Source: an uncultured delta proteobacterium | GTDB taxonomy: Bacteria > Myxococcota_A > UBA9160 > SMWR01 | Assembly: GCA_963832165.1 (NCBI GenBank) | Contig: CAWHTE010000011.1 | Coordinates: forward strand, 192,001 to 256,000 | Reading direction: 5' to 3' | DNA length: 64,000 nt | Shown here: positions 10,508 to 21,143 of the stretch, piece by piece | How the letters are laid out: the number at the start of each line of letters is the position of its first letter | How positions within the stretch are numbered: the stretch's first letter is position 1 | Translations under genes and position numbers: made by a program | The notes under the pieces: generated by a model | What the model was told of the DNA's origin: nothing | Databases searched by the model: none | The model's input: the letters and a program-made list of their open reading frames with translations, nothing else

Positions 10508-11890
10508 CTAGATCAACCCCGCCCGCCGCTGCAGCTCTGCGAGCGCGATCGGAATCCCCTCCGCGAGTTGCCACGGGTCCGGGACCAGCTCGGGATCGAC
10601 GGTGAAGCCGAAGTCGATGTGGCCGCGGTAGCTGATCACGGTGACGTTGACCCCGTTGCTCGGCGCGAGGATCGAGATCGGATACATGCACTCGATGCGG
10701 GCGCCTGCGACGTAGAGCGGCATGGGCGGGCCCGGCACGTTCGAGACCATCAGGTTGCCGGGCGCAGGAATGTTCGCGGCGTTGAGCGCCCGCCAGGCCA
10801 GGTTGATCAGGCGCGGCGGCGCCGTGTCGCCGATCGCCTGGATTTCGTTCGCGCGGAGCGCCTTCTCCATCTCCTTTGCCTTGCTGACGTTCTTGTGGAT
10901 CTGGAGCAGGCGCTTCACGGGATCCTCGAGGTGGGTCGCCCACGGCACGAACATCGTGCTCACTTGATTGCCCAGCGATGCATCTCCCTCGGCACGCGTC
11001 GACACTGCGATCGCCACGACCAGCGACTCGCGCGGGAGCTCGTTGCGGGCCTTCAGGTAGCGGCGCACGGCCGACCCCGTGAGCTCGAGGACCACGTCGT
11101 TCAACTTCACGTCGAAGTGCTTCTTCACGTCCTTCACGTCGCTGAGCGGCACCGACGCGCACGCAAGGCGCCGGCGCGGGCCGATCGGAGCGTTGAAGCT
11201 CACCTGGGGCACGCTCCCGAACGTGGGTCCCTCGGATGCGCGCAGATAGGGCAGCATCGTGCCGAGCTGTCGCGCCATCTGGAAGCCATAGCGGGTCATC
11301 CGCGAAGGCGTGATCATCGCATTGAGAAGCCCGCGCGCGGCGAGGACCCAATCGCCCGGGTCCTGCGCAGGCGACTGTTTGGGCGGCTTCGGCGCAGGCT
11401 CTCGCGGCGGCGGATCGCGCTGGACGTCGAACAGCAGCTCGCCGAGACCGATCCCGGAAGCCCCGTCGATCAGGCAGTGATGGGTCTTCACGAAGACCGC
11501 GACCTTGCCGCCTTCGACCCCCTCGATGAACCACATCTCCCAGAGCGGCTTGCGGCGGTCGAGGTGCTGCGCGTAGAGGTGGCCGGTGAGCTCTCCGAGC
11601 TCGTGCATGCTGCCCGGGGAAGGCACCGCGATGCGATGGATGTGATTGTCGACGTCGAAGTGGGGATCGTCCACGAGATACGGGCGATCGAGGTCGAAGG
11701 GCACGCGGCGCAGCCGCTGCGTGAAGCGGGGGATCTCCCGGACGCGCTCGTTCGCGACCTCGCGGACCCGGGCGAAGCTGAAGCGCGGGGCCCCGCTCGG
11801 ATCGAGCACGGTGAGAGCGCCGACGTGGGCGTAGACCGTGTCGGTGTCCATCGAGAGGAAAACGGCGTCACTGCCCGGAAGCTGTTCCAC
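10508..11890 (-). CDS. Wax ester synthase/diacylglycerol acyltransferase (WS/DGAT)
   Basis: KTHHCLIDG catalytic motif, LDRRKPLWE, SNVPGP; GTG 11890 preceded by GGAGG. Confidence 0.93.
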   Translation of the reverse strand: MEQLPGSDAVFLSMDTDTVYAHVGALTVLDPSGAPRFSFARVREVANERVREIPRFTQRLRRVPFDLDRPYLVDDPHFDVDNHIHRIAVPSPGSMHELGELTGHLYAQHLDRRKPLWEMWFIEGVEGGKVAVFVKTHHCLIDGASGIGLGELLFDVQRDPPPREPAPKPPKQSPAQDPGDWVLAARGLLNAMITPSRMTRYGFQMARQLGTMLPYLRASEGPTFGSVPQVSFNAPIGPRRRLACASVPLSDVKDVKKHFDVKLNDVVLELTGSAVRRYLKARNELPRESLVVAIAVSTRAEGDASLGNQVSTMFVPWATHLEDPVKRLLQIHKNVSKAKEMEKALRANEIQAIGDTAPPRLINLAWRALNAANIPAPGNLMVSNVPGPPMPLYVAGARIECMYPISILAPSNGVNVTVISYRGHIDFGFTVDPELVPDPWQLAEGIPIALAELQRRAGLI

Positions 11891-11907
11891 GTGCCCTCCG
11901 AAATTGG

Positions 11908-13008
11908 CTAACGCGCGCCCGCGTCCAATCCCATCTTCTCGCCGAGCTTGCGGCGGTAGTCGATCATCAGCTCGTCGAGCGGCGCGCCCATCGCATCGGC
12001 GACGCGGTCGTTCAGGTGGAACATCGCGAGCACCGCGCCGGCCTCCACGAGCAGGCCCGGGCCTGCGGCTGCGACGAGCCGCTCGCGAGCGGGTGCCGGG
12101 TCGGCGCTCTCGTCGATCACCGCGTCGACGAGCTCGATCAGGAGCTTGCCGTGCTCGACGCCGCCGTCGCTCGCGTGCTCGCTCGTGATCGCGGTGATGT
12201 CGGCGTCGCCGCCAGTCTTCTTGCTGCTCGCACGGAGCATCATTGCGTGCGAAGTCGTTCAATAGAAGCAGTCGTTCTTCGCCGACGTGCGCGAAGCGAC
12301 CAGCTCCATCTGACTGCGGCTGATCGGGCGACCGCGCGGCTCCCAGTCGGTCGCCACCTGCTCGTACTTCATGTAGTGCGCGACCATGAGGTCTCTTGCC
12401 GAGCGCACTGCGTCGGGAACGAGCGAGAGTCCGCGACCGACGTTGGGGATGAACGGCGCCACATCGTAGAGCCCGAGCTCCTGGCCGACTGCGTAGGGAA
12501 TCGTCGGGACGAAGTAGCCCTCGTCGACTGCCTCGCTCGGCCGCTCGCGCGACGGCTCGCCCGCGACCGGCTCGGGCAGGGGTGACGCGTCGGCCCCGAT
12601 CGCGCGCGCAAAGCCGTCGACGAGCATCACCGTGCAGACCACGCTCACGAGCTCCACGAGCTGTCCGTCGCTGACGCCGGCCGCCATCACCTCGTCCGCC
12701 CAGCGGCGGGAGAGGCGACCCGGGTCGCGGACGACGCGATGGACCGCGTCGACGATCGCGGGCGGGAGATCCGTCGCCGCGTCGTGCGGGGCGTTCACTG
12801 CGTACGGCGAGAGCGCCGCCTTGCGCTCGGCGCAGCCCGGGCAGCGGCGTGCCGCGCGTACCTCGCGCGCGATCGCCACGCGTTCCGCGCCCGTCCACCA
12901 GGTGCCCGGGGCCCCGAGCGAATGCCAGGCGCGGCTCTGCGCGGCGGCGATGTCGGGTCGCACCGCGATGCCGGTGCTCCGATAGTCGATCGCCGTCGAG
13001 GAAGTCAC
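11908..13008 (-). CDS. AhpD-related alkylhydroperoxidase-like protein, probable selenoprotein (in-frame UGA at 12261-12259)
   Basis: The track ORFs ending at 12259 and starting at 12243 are in frame: K-N-D-C-F-Y-TGA-T-T-S-H-A-M-M-L-R, matching AhpD NxCxYCxxxH with UGA at the second Cys. A hairpin follows the UGA. Confidence 0.8.
12226..12253 (-). promoter_or_regulatory. Candidate bacterial SECIS hairpin
   Basis: mRNA after UGA: ACGACU UCGCAC GCA AUGA UGC UCC GUGCGA G; UCGCAC pairs with GUGCGA and GCA pairs with UGC. Confidence 0.55.
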
Positions 13009-13032
13009 GTCCGCATGATAACGTCGATCGCC

Positions 13033-14046
13033 ATGCCCGAATACTGGATGCTCACCTGGCCGATCGCAGGGCGCACCGCGAACGTCGCCAGGCTCGCCGA
13101 GGCGACCGGCTGGGACGGCCTGCTCGTCACCGACACGCAATGCCTCGCGGCCGAGGCGTTCGTGCAGCTGTCGCTGTGCGTTGCGGCGACGCAGCGGATC
13201 CGGCTCGGGACGGGTGTGACGAATCCCGTGACGCGCGATGTCGCGCTGCTGGCCTCCGGGTTCAACACGCTGCAGCAGGAATCGGGCGGGCGCATGTGGC
13301 TCGGGATCGGGCGCGGCGACTCGTCGCTGGCCCACATCGGCAAGAAGGCCGCGCCGCTCTCAGCGCTCGAGACCTTCGTGATCCGTCTCCAGAGCTACCT
13401 GCGCGGCGAGGTCGTCGATCGCGATGGCTTCGCGAGCCGGCTCGTCACGAGCGCGGCCGATCAGCCCAAGGTGCCTGTCGACATCGCGGGCACGGGACCT
13501 CGCGTGATTGCGATGGCGGCGCGGCACGCGGAGGGATTGACGCTCGGCGTCGGCGCCAATCCCGAGCGCATCGCCGCGAAGGTGCGCGAGACCGAGGCTG
13601 GGCTCGCCGCGGCGGGGCGCGCGCGCGCGGAATTCACGATCAGCGCGTACGTGAACACCGGAGTCGACGATCGCATCGAGGTCGCGCGCGAAGTCGTGCG
13701 CGGCGGCGTGTCGGTGACCGCGCGCTTCTCCGGCATGCACGGCGGATCGGGCGGCGACGGTCTCACGGCGCGTGAGCAAGGTGCGGTGCACGCGCTCGCC
13801 GAGCGCTACGACATGGCGCATCACGGCTCGGCGGCCGCACCGCACGCGCGCGCGCTGCCCGACGAATTCATCGACGGCTTCGCGGCGGTCGGCGACGTCG
13901 CGCGCGTGACCGAACGCCTGCAGGCGATCGCGGCCACGGGCGTCGACCGGATCGTCTTGATCCCGGGATCGCTCGGCGTCGACATGGAGCTCGTGCAGCG
14001 CTCGGTGCTCGCGCTCTCGACGCAGGTCATCCCGAAGCTGCGCTGA
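13033..14046 (+). CDS. LLM-class flavin/F420-dependent oxidoreductase (Mer-like)
   Basis: ATQRIRLGTGVTNPVTR, GRMWLGIGRGD and IAGTGPR motifs. Confidence 0.9.
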   Translation: MPEYWMLTWPIAGRTANVARLAEATGWDGLLVTDTQCLAAEAFVQLSLCVAATQRIRLGTGVTNPVTRDVALLASGFNTLQQESGGRMWLGIGRGDSSLAHIGKKAAPLSALETFVIRLQSYLRGEVVDRDGFASRLVTSAADQPKVPVDIAGTGPRVIAMAARHAEGLTLGVGANPERIAAKVRETEAGLAAAGRARAEFTISAYVNTGVDDRIEVAREVVRGGVSVTARFSGMHGGSGGDGLTAREQGAVHALAERYDMAHHGSAAAPHARALPDEFIDGFAAVGDVARVTERLQAIAATGVDRIVLIPGSLGVDMELVQRSVLALSTQVIPKLR

Positions 14047-16271
14047 TCAGGCCGCCTCGATCCGCACGGGCGTCCCGAATAGCACCGCCGTCCCGCTCGC
14101 CACGTCGTAGGCCTGATCGTCCGTGAGCACGTTCGTGTTCACGCCCGGGTGCGCGTTCGCGACGCGCAGCTGCGATGCGGGGTCGTCGTGGCCCCAGCCG
14201 TGCGGCAGGCTCACCACGCCCGGCATCAGGTCGTCGGTGATCTCGACCGGCGTGACGATCGTGCCCACGCGGCTCGTCACGCGCGCGGATCCGCCGTGCG
14301 CGAGGCCGATCCGGTCGGCGTCCTTCGAGCACACCTGGAGCGTGCAGGTGTCGCGCCCCTTCACGAGCGCGGGCAGGTTGTGCATGAACGAGTTGCTGTA
14401 GCGCATCTGGCGGCGCCCGATCAGCAAGAGCTCGCCCGAGCGGCTCGCGACGCGCGCGCGCAGTCGCGCGATGTCGTCCGTCATCACGCGCGGCGCGAGC
14501 TCGATCGCGCCGCTCTCGGTGCCGATCACCTCGGTCAGGCGCGGCTCGAGCGGGCCGAGGTCGATGCCGGACGGTGCGTCCTTCAGGCGCGCAAGTGTCA
14601 GTCCATCCGGGCGGCGGCCGAAGCCGTCGCCGTGCGGACCCACGCGCAAGAGGAGGTCCACCATGCGCGCAGGCCCGATCCCGCCGTCGACCTTCGCGAG
14701 CACCTCGTCGACCTCGAGGCCTTCCCAGTGCGTGCTCGCGATCGCCTGCGTGGCGTACTGGCGGAACACGAAGTCGTCGACCGCCTGTTCGGGCAGGTGG
14801 CCCAGGCCGAGCAGCCGCGCCGCGATCGCCGAGATCACCTGCCAGCTCTCGGGCCGGTCCGGTGCGGGCGGCACCACGGCCTCCGACCACTTCGCCACGT
14901 TGCGCACCGACAAGAGGTAGAGGCCGAGCTCGTAGCCCACCTGCTCGGAGGGCGCGGGCGTCGGCAGGATCAGGTGCGCGTGGCGCGTGGTCTCGTTGAT
15001 GTAGAAATCGATCGCGACGAGATAGTCGAGATCCGCGAACGCGCGCTCGAGCTGCTCCGAGTTTGCGGCGCTGCGCAGCGGGTTGGTCATGAGCAGGATC
15101 ATCGCGCGCACCTGGCCCTCGCCGGGCGTCAGGATCTCCTCGGCCATCGTCGACGACGGGATCTGGCCTTCCACCTCGGGCTGACCCGAGACGCGGCTCT
15201 TCCAGCGCCCCATCTCGAAGCGGTCCCTCGGCAGCGCGGCTTCGATCGGCGCCGCGGGCGTCGTGAACATCGCGCCGCCCGCGCGGTCGAGATTGCCCGT
15301 GAGCAGGTTCACGAGGTCGACCGCCCAGCTCGCGAGCGTGCCGAACTCCTGCACGCAGGTGCCGAGCCGGCCGTAGCACGCGGCGGATTCCGCAGCCGCG
15401 TGCTCGCGCGCGAGGCGCCGGATCACCGCGGCGGGGATGCCGCAGAAGTCCGCGACCGCTTCGGGCGCGAACTCGCGCGCGATCGCGCGCACGTCGTCCA
15501 GGCCGTTCACGCGGCCCTCGGCCGCGCCCAGCGTCACGAGATTCTCGTCGAATAGCGTGTGCACGAGCGCGAGCAGGAACGCCGCGTCGCTGCCGGGACG
15601 GATGAAGTGGTGCTCGCTCGCGAGCTTCGCGGTCTCGGTGCGGCGCGGGTCCACCACGATCACCACGCCGCCGCGCTCGATCATGCGCTTTCAGGCGACC
15701 CGGGAGCATCGGGCATCGTCATGAGGCTGCCGTGCGAGATCGCGGGGTTCGCGCCGATGATCAGCAGGTGCATCGTGCGGTCGATGTCGGGCACCGGAAC
15801 CGCGAGGGGGAAGTGCCGGCCGAACATGAGCCCGGTCGAGACGATCTTGGGCAGCGTGTCGATCGCGGAGGAGTTGAACAGGCTCTTGCTGCCGAGCGCG
15901 CGCTGGAGCGCGGGGCGATAGGCGAGGGCGCCCAGGTCGTGCACGACCGGGTTGCCCGTGTAGGTGCCGATCGCGTCGTTGCCGTACTGCTCGCGGATCG
16001 CGGTCAGGCGCGTCCCTATCTCTTCATAGGCCTCGGCCCAGGAGATCTGCTGCCAGCCGTCCGCGGTGCGGCGCATCGGATGGGTGAGCCGGTCGGGGTC
16101 GTGGTGGAGCTCCTTGAGGCCGTGCGCCTTGGGGCAGATGAACCCGCGCGAGAACGGGTCGTCCTTGTCGCCGCGCACGCTCGTGATCCGGTCCCCTTCC
16201 ACGGTGATCGCGAGCCCGCAGGTGGATTCGCAGAACGGACAGACGCGATGGGCGGTGCGGCGCTCGGGCAC
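14047..16271 (-). CDS. Mo-bisPGD (molybdopterin) oxidoreductase (frameshifted near 15685-15703)
   Basis: CPFCESTCG...ICPKA 4Fe-4S motif; IIGANPAISHGS; VVDPRRTETA; C-terminal binding domain VVSLPHGWGH. The two track ORFs join if two homopolymer bases are removed. Confidence 0.9.
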
Positions 16272-16303
16272 GGGAGTACCTCGCGATGATGGGGTGCGCC
16301 CGA

Positions 16304-17338
16304 TCATCGTCGACGAGATCGGCGGCCCGCGAAAGAGCCAGTTTTTGCCTGGACGGTGGAGCCACTTTTCGCGTACCGCTCCAGCGCGGCCGCGAGCTCG
16401 CGCGACACGGCTTCGCGCAGCGCGGCGGGCTCGAGCACGAGCGCGCCGTCGCCGAACGAGAGGATCCAGGTGCGCAGCTCGTCGATGCCGCCCACCTCCA
16501 TCGCGAGCTCCACGCGGCCGCGCTCCCTGGGCGTGAGCTTCTGGCTCGGATGCCAGGTGCGCTCGGCGACGTAGCCCGCCCAGCGCGGCTCGAACAGGAT
16601 CCGCACGGGCGTCGCGGGCTCCGCGATCACGCCGAACGACGAACCGATGTAGCGCTCGAAGTCGAAGTCGGCGTCGACCGCGAAGCGGCGCGAGGTCGAC
16701 TCGATGTGGGTGATCCGATCGACCGCGAACGTGCGCAGCTCGCCCGACTTGTGATCGTGGCCCACCACGTAGAGGCCGCCGCTGCGGTACCAGACGCGAT
16801 ACGGGTCGAGCGCGCGCGACGACACGGCGCCGGTGCGGCCGGTGCGGTAGCGGATCTTCACGCTGTGCTGCGCGAGCACCGCGTCGTTGAGCGTGCGGAT
16901 CGTCTCGCGCAGGTGTGCGTAGCTCTTGTGCGGACCCGGCAGCACGCGAAACGCGCCGCCGAGCCGCGCGAGATAGTCGGCGAGCTCGGGGCCGAGCCCC
17001 GCGCGGATCTTCGCGAGCGCCGAGCGGATCGAATCGTGGAACACCGTGCCCTCGAGCACGCGCAGCAGGTCCTCGCCGAACGCGAGCGCGAGGATCTCGT
17101 CGGGCGTGAACGGCACGTCGCCGAGCCGGAACGTGTCGAGGAAGCGGTAGAACACGCGCCCGTCGCGCTTCTCGGACACGACGGGGAAGCCCGCGAGCAT
17201 CAGCGCGTCGAGGTCGCGGTAGACCGTGCGGCGCACCACCTCGAGATCGGCCGCGAGATCGTCGAGCGCCACGCCCGCGCGACTCTTTGCGAGCCGCTGG
17301 ATCAGCTGCCACTGGCGCGCGAGCTGTTCGCCTCTCAC
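16304..17338 (-). CDS. HTH-WYL-WCX transcriptional regulator (PafB/C- or DriD-like)
   Basis: RRTVYRDLDAL HTH; RALDPY...LYVVG...RTFAVDRI WYL domain; WILSFG...VLEP WCX domain. Confidence 0.92.
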   Translation of the reverse strand: MRGEQLARQWQLIQRLAKSRAGVALDDLAADLEVVRRTVYRDLDALMLAGFPVVSEKRDGRVFYRFLDTFRLGDVPFTPDEILALAFGEDLLRVLEGTVFHDSIRSALAKIRAGLGPELADYLARLGGAFRVLPGPHKSYAHLRETIRTLNDAVLAQHSVKIRYRTGRTGAVSSRALDPYRVWYRSGGLYVVGHDHKSGELRTFAVDRITHIESTSRRFAVDADFDFERYIGSSFGVIAEPATPVRILFEPRWAGYVAERTWHPSQKLTPRERGRVELAMEVGGIDELRTWILSFGDGALVLEPAALREAVSRELAAALERYAKSGSTVQAKTGSFAGRRSRRR

Positions 17339-17817
17339 CGGCCGGGAGGATACGTCACCTCAGACGGCGGGCCGATCGGCGTCTTCGCCTCGACGCGCAT
17401 CACCTCGAACATGATGCCGCCGACCTCGGCGAAGAATGCGCGCACGCCGTCGCGCTCGTTCCAGTCCACGAGCTCCACGTCGGAGCACGGAATGCCGCGC
17501 TCGACGCAGCGCTGGTGCGCGCGCTCGATGTGGCGCGTGCCGACGGCGATGCTCCAGATGTGCGCCTTGGGACCGCGCAGGATCTGGAACTGACGGCTCT
17601 CCGACGATCCCGTGATCAGTCCGCCGCTGCCGTCGTCGCCGCGGCGCTCGATCACGCTCTGCCAGCTGACCGGGTTCGTCTTCACGGGCGGGTAGGTTTG
17701 CGCGCGCTTCGCAGCCGGGATCGTCCAGCCTTCGGGAATCTCCAGCACTTCGCGCAGGAAGCGATCGACCGCCTCGGGCTCCGGAGTGACGATCTTCACG
17801 TGATTGATCCGGTCCAT
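17335..17817 (-). CDS. VOC/glyoxalase-superfamily protein
   Basis: INHVKIVT...FLREVL...IMFEVM; overlaps both neighbours' start/stop codons. Confidence 0.7.
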   Translation of the reverse strand: MDRINHVKIVTPEPEAVDRFLREVLEIPEGWTIPAAKRAQTYPPVKTNPVSWQSVIERRGDDGSGGLITGSSESRQFQILRGPKAHIWSIAVGTRHIERAHQRCVERGIPCSDVELVDWNERDGVRAFFAEVGGIMFEVMRVEAKTPIGPPSEVTYPPGR

Positions 17818-18815
17818 CAGGCGTCGAGCCCCAGCAGATCGCGCGCGTTGTCGCGCATCATGCGCCGGATGGCGGTGGAAGGAGTGCCCCGCGGAAGGTA
17901 GTCGGGATAGGCGCGCGGCTGCGGAATGCCCTCCGGATGCGGCCAGTCCGAGCCGAACAGCAGGTGCTCGGGCGCGAGCCACTCGAAGAGCTCCTCGTGG
18001 TCCTCCTCGGGGAACGGATTCACGCGCACGTGTGCCTTGAACACGTCGCTCGCGCGGTCCTTGACCACTCCGCCGATCCAGGGCGAGTGGGTGGTGCAGC
18101 TCTTCTGCGCCTTGTCGAGCCGCCGGAGCAGGTAGGGGACCCACGCGCTGCCGCATTCGATCGTCGCGACGCGCAGCGCCGGGAACCGGCCGAAGAGATT
18201 GTCGAAGATCAGCGCGCCGATCGTGTGCATCGTGGGCGCTTCGATGAAGCAGAACGCATTCTGCCAGGCGCTCTGGTGATGGGAGCGCGGGCGAGCGCGC
18301 TGGCCCCACTGCGTCGAGACGAGCTCGTTGTAGCCCGACTCGGCCGCGTGATAGGCGACCGGCACGCGCGCTTCGGCGAGCCGCGCCCACACCGGATCGA
18401 AGATCGGGTCGCCGGGGCTGCGGCCGTTCACGGGGCCCGAGAGCAGGTGCACCATGCGCGCGCCGCGCGCGAGCAGCCGGTCGAGCTCGGCCGCCGCCAG
18501 GCCGACGTCGAGCAGCGAGAGCAGCGGCACGCCGAAGACGCGGCCATCGGCGCCGAAGCCCCAGTCCTCTTCGAGCCAGCGGTTGAATGCCGTGAGCGCG
18601 GCGAAGCTGGCCTCGGCGTCGCCGCGCATCGCGTGCTCGACCGTGACCGCGTAGGTCGGGAACAACAGGATCGATTCGATGCCCTGCTCGTCCATCACGG
18701 CGAGGCGTGCGTCGCGCTGCTGATACTCGGGCCGCATCGGCTTCAAGAACGAAGCGGCGGTGCCCTCGCCGTGCGACGTCATCATCTCCTTGAGATGACC
18801 CGGCGGCGGCACCAG
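17817..18815 (-). pseudogene. Amidohydrolase_2-family protein lacking its N-terminus
   Basis: RLAVMDEQG, FNRWLEEDWGF, YHAAESGY, IECGSAW and LFGSDWPH present; the N-terminal metal-binding D-x-D-x-H segment is absent and the 5' end collides with marR. Confidence 0.7.
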
Positions 18816-19147
18816 TGACGGCACTGATCCATCTCGACCGCATCGAGGAGCTCTCCCAGACCGACCTCGCCGCGCGGCTCGGCATGCGCAAGGCCGCCGC
18901 GGGCACGCTGATCGAAGGACTCGAGGGCAAGGGGCTCGTCGAGCGCTCGCGCGGGCGCGACGACCGAAGGCTCCAGCTCGTCTCGATCACCGACGCCGGG
19001 CGGCGCGTCGTCGACGAAGTCGATCACATGGCCGAGGAGCTCGGCATCCGATACCGCGCGGGCGTCTCCCGCGAGGAACGCGCGCAGCTGATCTCGATCC
19101 TCCAGCGCCTGCGCCACAACCTGCGCGCGATGGAGCGGGCGGGCTGA
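18815..19147 (+). pseudogene. MarR-family regulator lacking its N-terminal helix
   Basis: LSQTDLAARLGM...LEGKGLVERSRGRDDRR...ITDAG; begins abruptly at (QW)TALIHL. Confidence 0.7.
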
Positions 19148-19181
19148 AGCGGTCATGTTCCGAAAGCAAGGAGAGCCACCG

Positions 19182-20480
19182 ATGAGCGATCGCGACGAGT
19201 TCAACCGGGCGGTTTCGGAGGCGCGCGAGTACAACCCGTTCAAGGGCGAGTTCCTCGAGCACGAGCACGAGACCTACGACCTGCTGCGCAAGCACCTGCC
19301 GGTCGCGCGCGGCGAGTCGATGGCCGGCGAGCTCATGGGCGGCCACCGCTCGGGCTGGGTGCTCACGCGCTACGCCGATGCGGCGGAGATCCTGCGCAAC
19401 ACGGACGACTTCTCGAGCCAGACGATGAGCTATCCCGTGCGCCCGTGGATCCCGCAGGCCGTCGATCCCCCGATCCACACGGCCTACCGCCGGATCCTGA
19501 ATCCGTGGTTCACGATGGAGGCGATGTCCAAGCTCGAGCCGCACCTGGTCCAGTACGCCGAAGAGCTCGTCGACCGCATGCTCCGCAAGGACGCGTTCGA
19601 CTTCGTCGCCGAGTTCGCCGACCCGTTTCCGACCGTGATCTTCTGCGAGCTGGCCGGCTTTCCCGCGTCCGACTACTCCCAGATCATGGATTGGAAGAAC
19701 ACGATCATGCACGCGAGCGATGGGCATGTGCGCGGTCGGGAGCTCACGCGGACCCACGCACGCGAGCTCGGGCTCGATCTGGGAGAGGGCGAGGATCTCC
19801 CGGCTGCCACGGCCCTCGCAGTGCGCGCGAAGTCGGCCCAGGAGGTCTACGCCTACATGGCGCGCCTGCTCGACGAGCGCCGCGCCGAGCCAAAGGACGA
19901 TCTCGTCAGCAAGCTGCTCGCCGCGAAGGTCGACGGGGAGCGCGCTCTCACGCAGGAGGAGCTCGAGGACACGCTCTTCCTGCTGTTCATGGCCGGGCTC
20001 GATACCGTGGCGTCGTCGCTCGGGCTGATCGTCGAGGGGCTCGCGCGTGACGACGCGAAGCGGCGCGAGTTCGTCGCGCTCATGGAGGATCCGCACAAGC
20101 TCAACTTCGCGGTCGAGGAGCTGCTGCGCATCCACTCGTTCGTGCTGCTCCCGCGCCGCTTGACCCGCGAGCTCTCGTTCCACGGCGCGCTGTTCCGCGC
20201 CGAGGATTCCGTGCTCGTACCGACCCAGGCCGCCAATCGCGACGGCGCGGAGTTCCCGCGCCCGCACGAGCTCGACTACGGGCGCTCACCGAACCGACAC
20301 CTGGCCTTCGGGCTCGGTCCCCACCGGTGCCTGGGCATCCATCTCGCGCGCCGCGAGCTGCGGATCGGGCTCCAGGTGTTCCACCGCCGGCTGCCGGACT
20401 ATCGCCTGGACCCCTCCCGCCGCGCCGTCGCGTTCGGTGGGATGAAGGGCCTCGCGTCGCTGCCGCTCGTCAAGGCCTGA
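19182..20480 (+). CDS. Cytochrome P450
   Basis: AGLDT I-helix, EELLR, FGLGPHRCLG haem motif; AAGGAG RBS before ATG 19182. Confidence 0.95.
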   Translation: MSDRDEFNRAVSEAREYNPFKGEFLEHEHETYDLLRKHLPVARGESMAGELMGGHRSGWVLTRYADAAEILRNTDDFSSQTMSYPVRPWIPQAVDPPIHTAYRRILNPWFTMEAMSKLEPHLVQYAEELVDRMLRKDAFDFVAEFADPFPTVIFCELAGFPASDYSQIMDWKNTIMHASDGHVRGRELTRTHARELGLDLGEGEDLPAATALAVRAKSAQEVYAYMARLLDERRAEPKDDLVSKLLAAKVDGERALTQEELEDTLFLLFMAGLDTVASSLGLIVEGLARDDAKRREFVALMEDPHKLNFAVEELLRIHSFVLLPRRLTRELSFHGALFRAEDSVLVPTQAANRDGAEFPRPHELDYGRSPNRHLAFGLGPHRCLGIHLARRELRIGLQVFHRRLPDYRLDPSRRAVAFGGMKGLASLPLVKA

Positions 20481-20545
20481 CTTGGGGGTTTGGCTCGTAC
20501 TCCTGCACCCGTCGTGTTAGGGTGGGGAGGGGGCTGGAGTCATCG

Positions 20546-21130
20546 ATGCGTCTTCACTCATCGCTGTTAGCGCTCGCTCTGCTGCTCCTGGGTCCGGCGT
20601 CCGCGCGAGCTGCGTTCCACTTGTGGGACATCACCGAGGTGTATTCGAACGCAGACGGGTCTGTCCAGTTCGTCGAGTTCTTTACCAATGCGGACTTCGA
20701 GGAACAGCTCGTGAACCACGTCCTCGCGTCCGCTGCCAACAACCCTGACTTCACCTTCCCAGGCAACCTCCCGACCCACCTGACCGCGAACCGCTTCTTC
20801 CTGGTCGCCACCCCTGGGTACTCCGCGCTGTGCCCGGGCGCCCTCCCGGACTACACGTTCCCCGCGGCCAACTTTCACAGTGTCACGGGGCCGGAGATTC
20901 TCGACTTCGCCTCGGTGGATTCGTTCCCCTACGCGGCTGCTGAGCTCCCCACCGATGGCGTTCGCTCGCTCAACGAGCCCTTCGGGAGCAACGTTCGGAC
21001 GACAGCGGTCAACTCTCCCACGAACTTCGCGGGCCAGACCTGTCTGCCGGAGCCGTCGGCATTCCTCGCGCAGATCGCGGGCGTCGTGGGCCTCGCGGGT
21101 CTCGGTCGCTGGCGCAGGCGTCGGCGCTAG
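20546..21130 (+). CDS. PEP-CTERM surface protein
   Basis: Signal peptide ending ASARA; C-terminal LPEPS + hydrophobic helix + RWRRRRR. Confidence 0.85.
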   Translation: MRLHSSLLALALLLLGPASARAAFHLWDITEVYSNADGSVQFVEFFTNADFEEQLVNHVLASAANNPDFTFPGNLPTHLTANRFFLVATPGYSALCPGALPDYTFPAANFHSVTGPEILDFASVDSFPYAAAELPTDGVRSLNEPFGSNVRTTAVNSPTNFAGQTCLPEPSAFLAQIAGVVGLAGLGRWRRRRR

Positions 21131-21143
21131 TCGCGGCCAGAGA

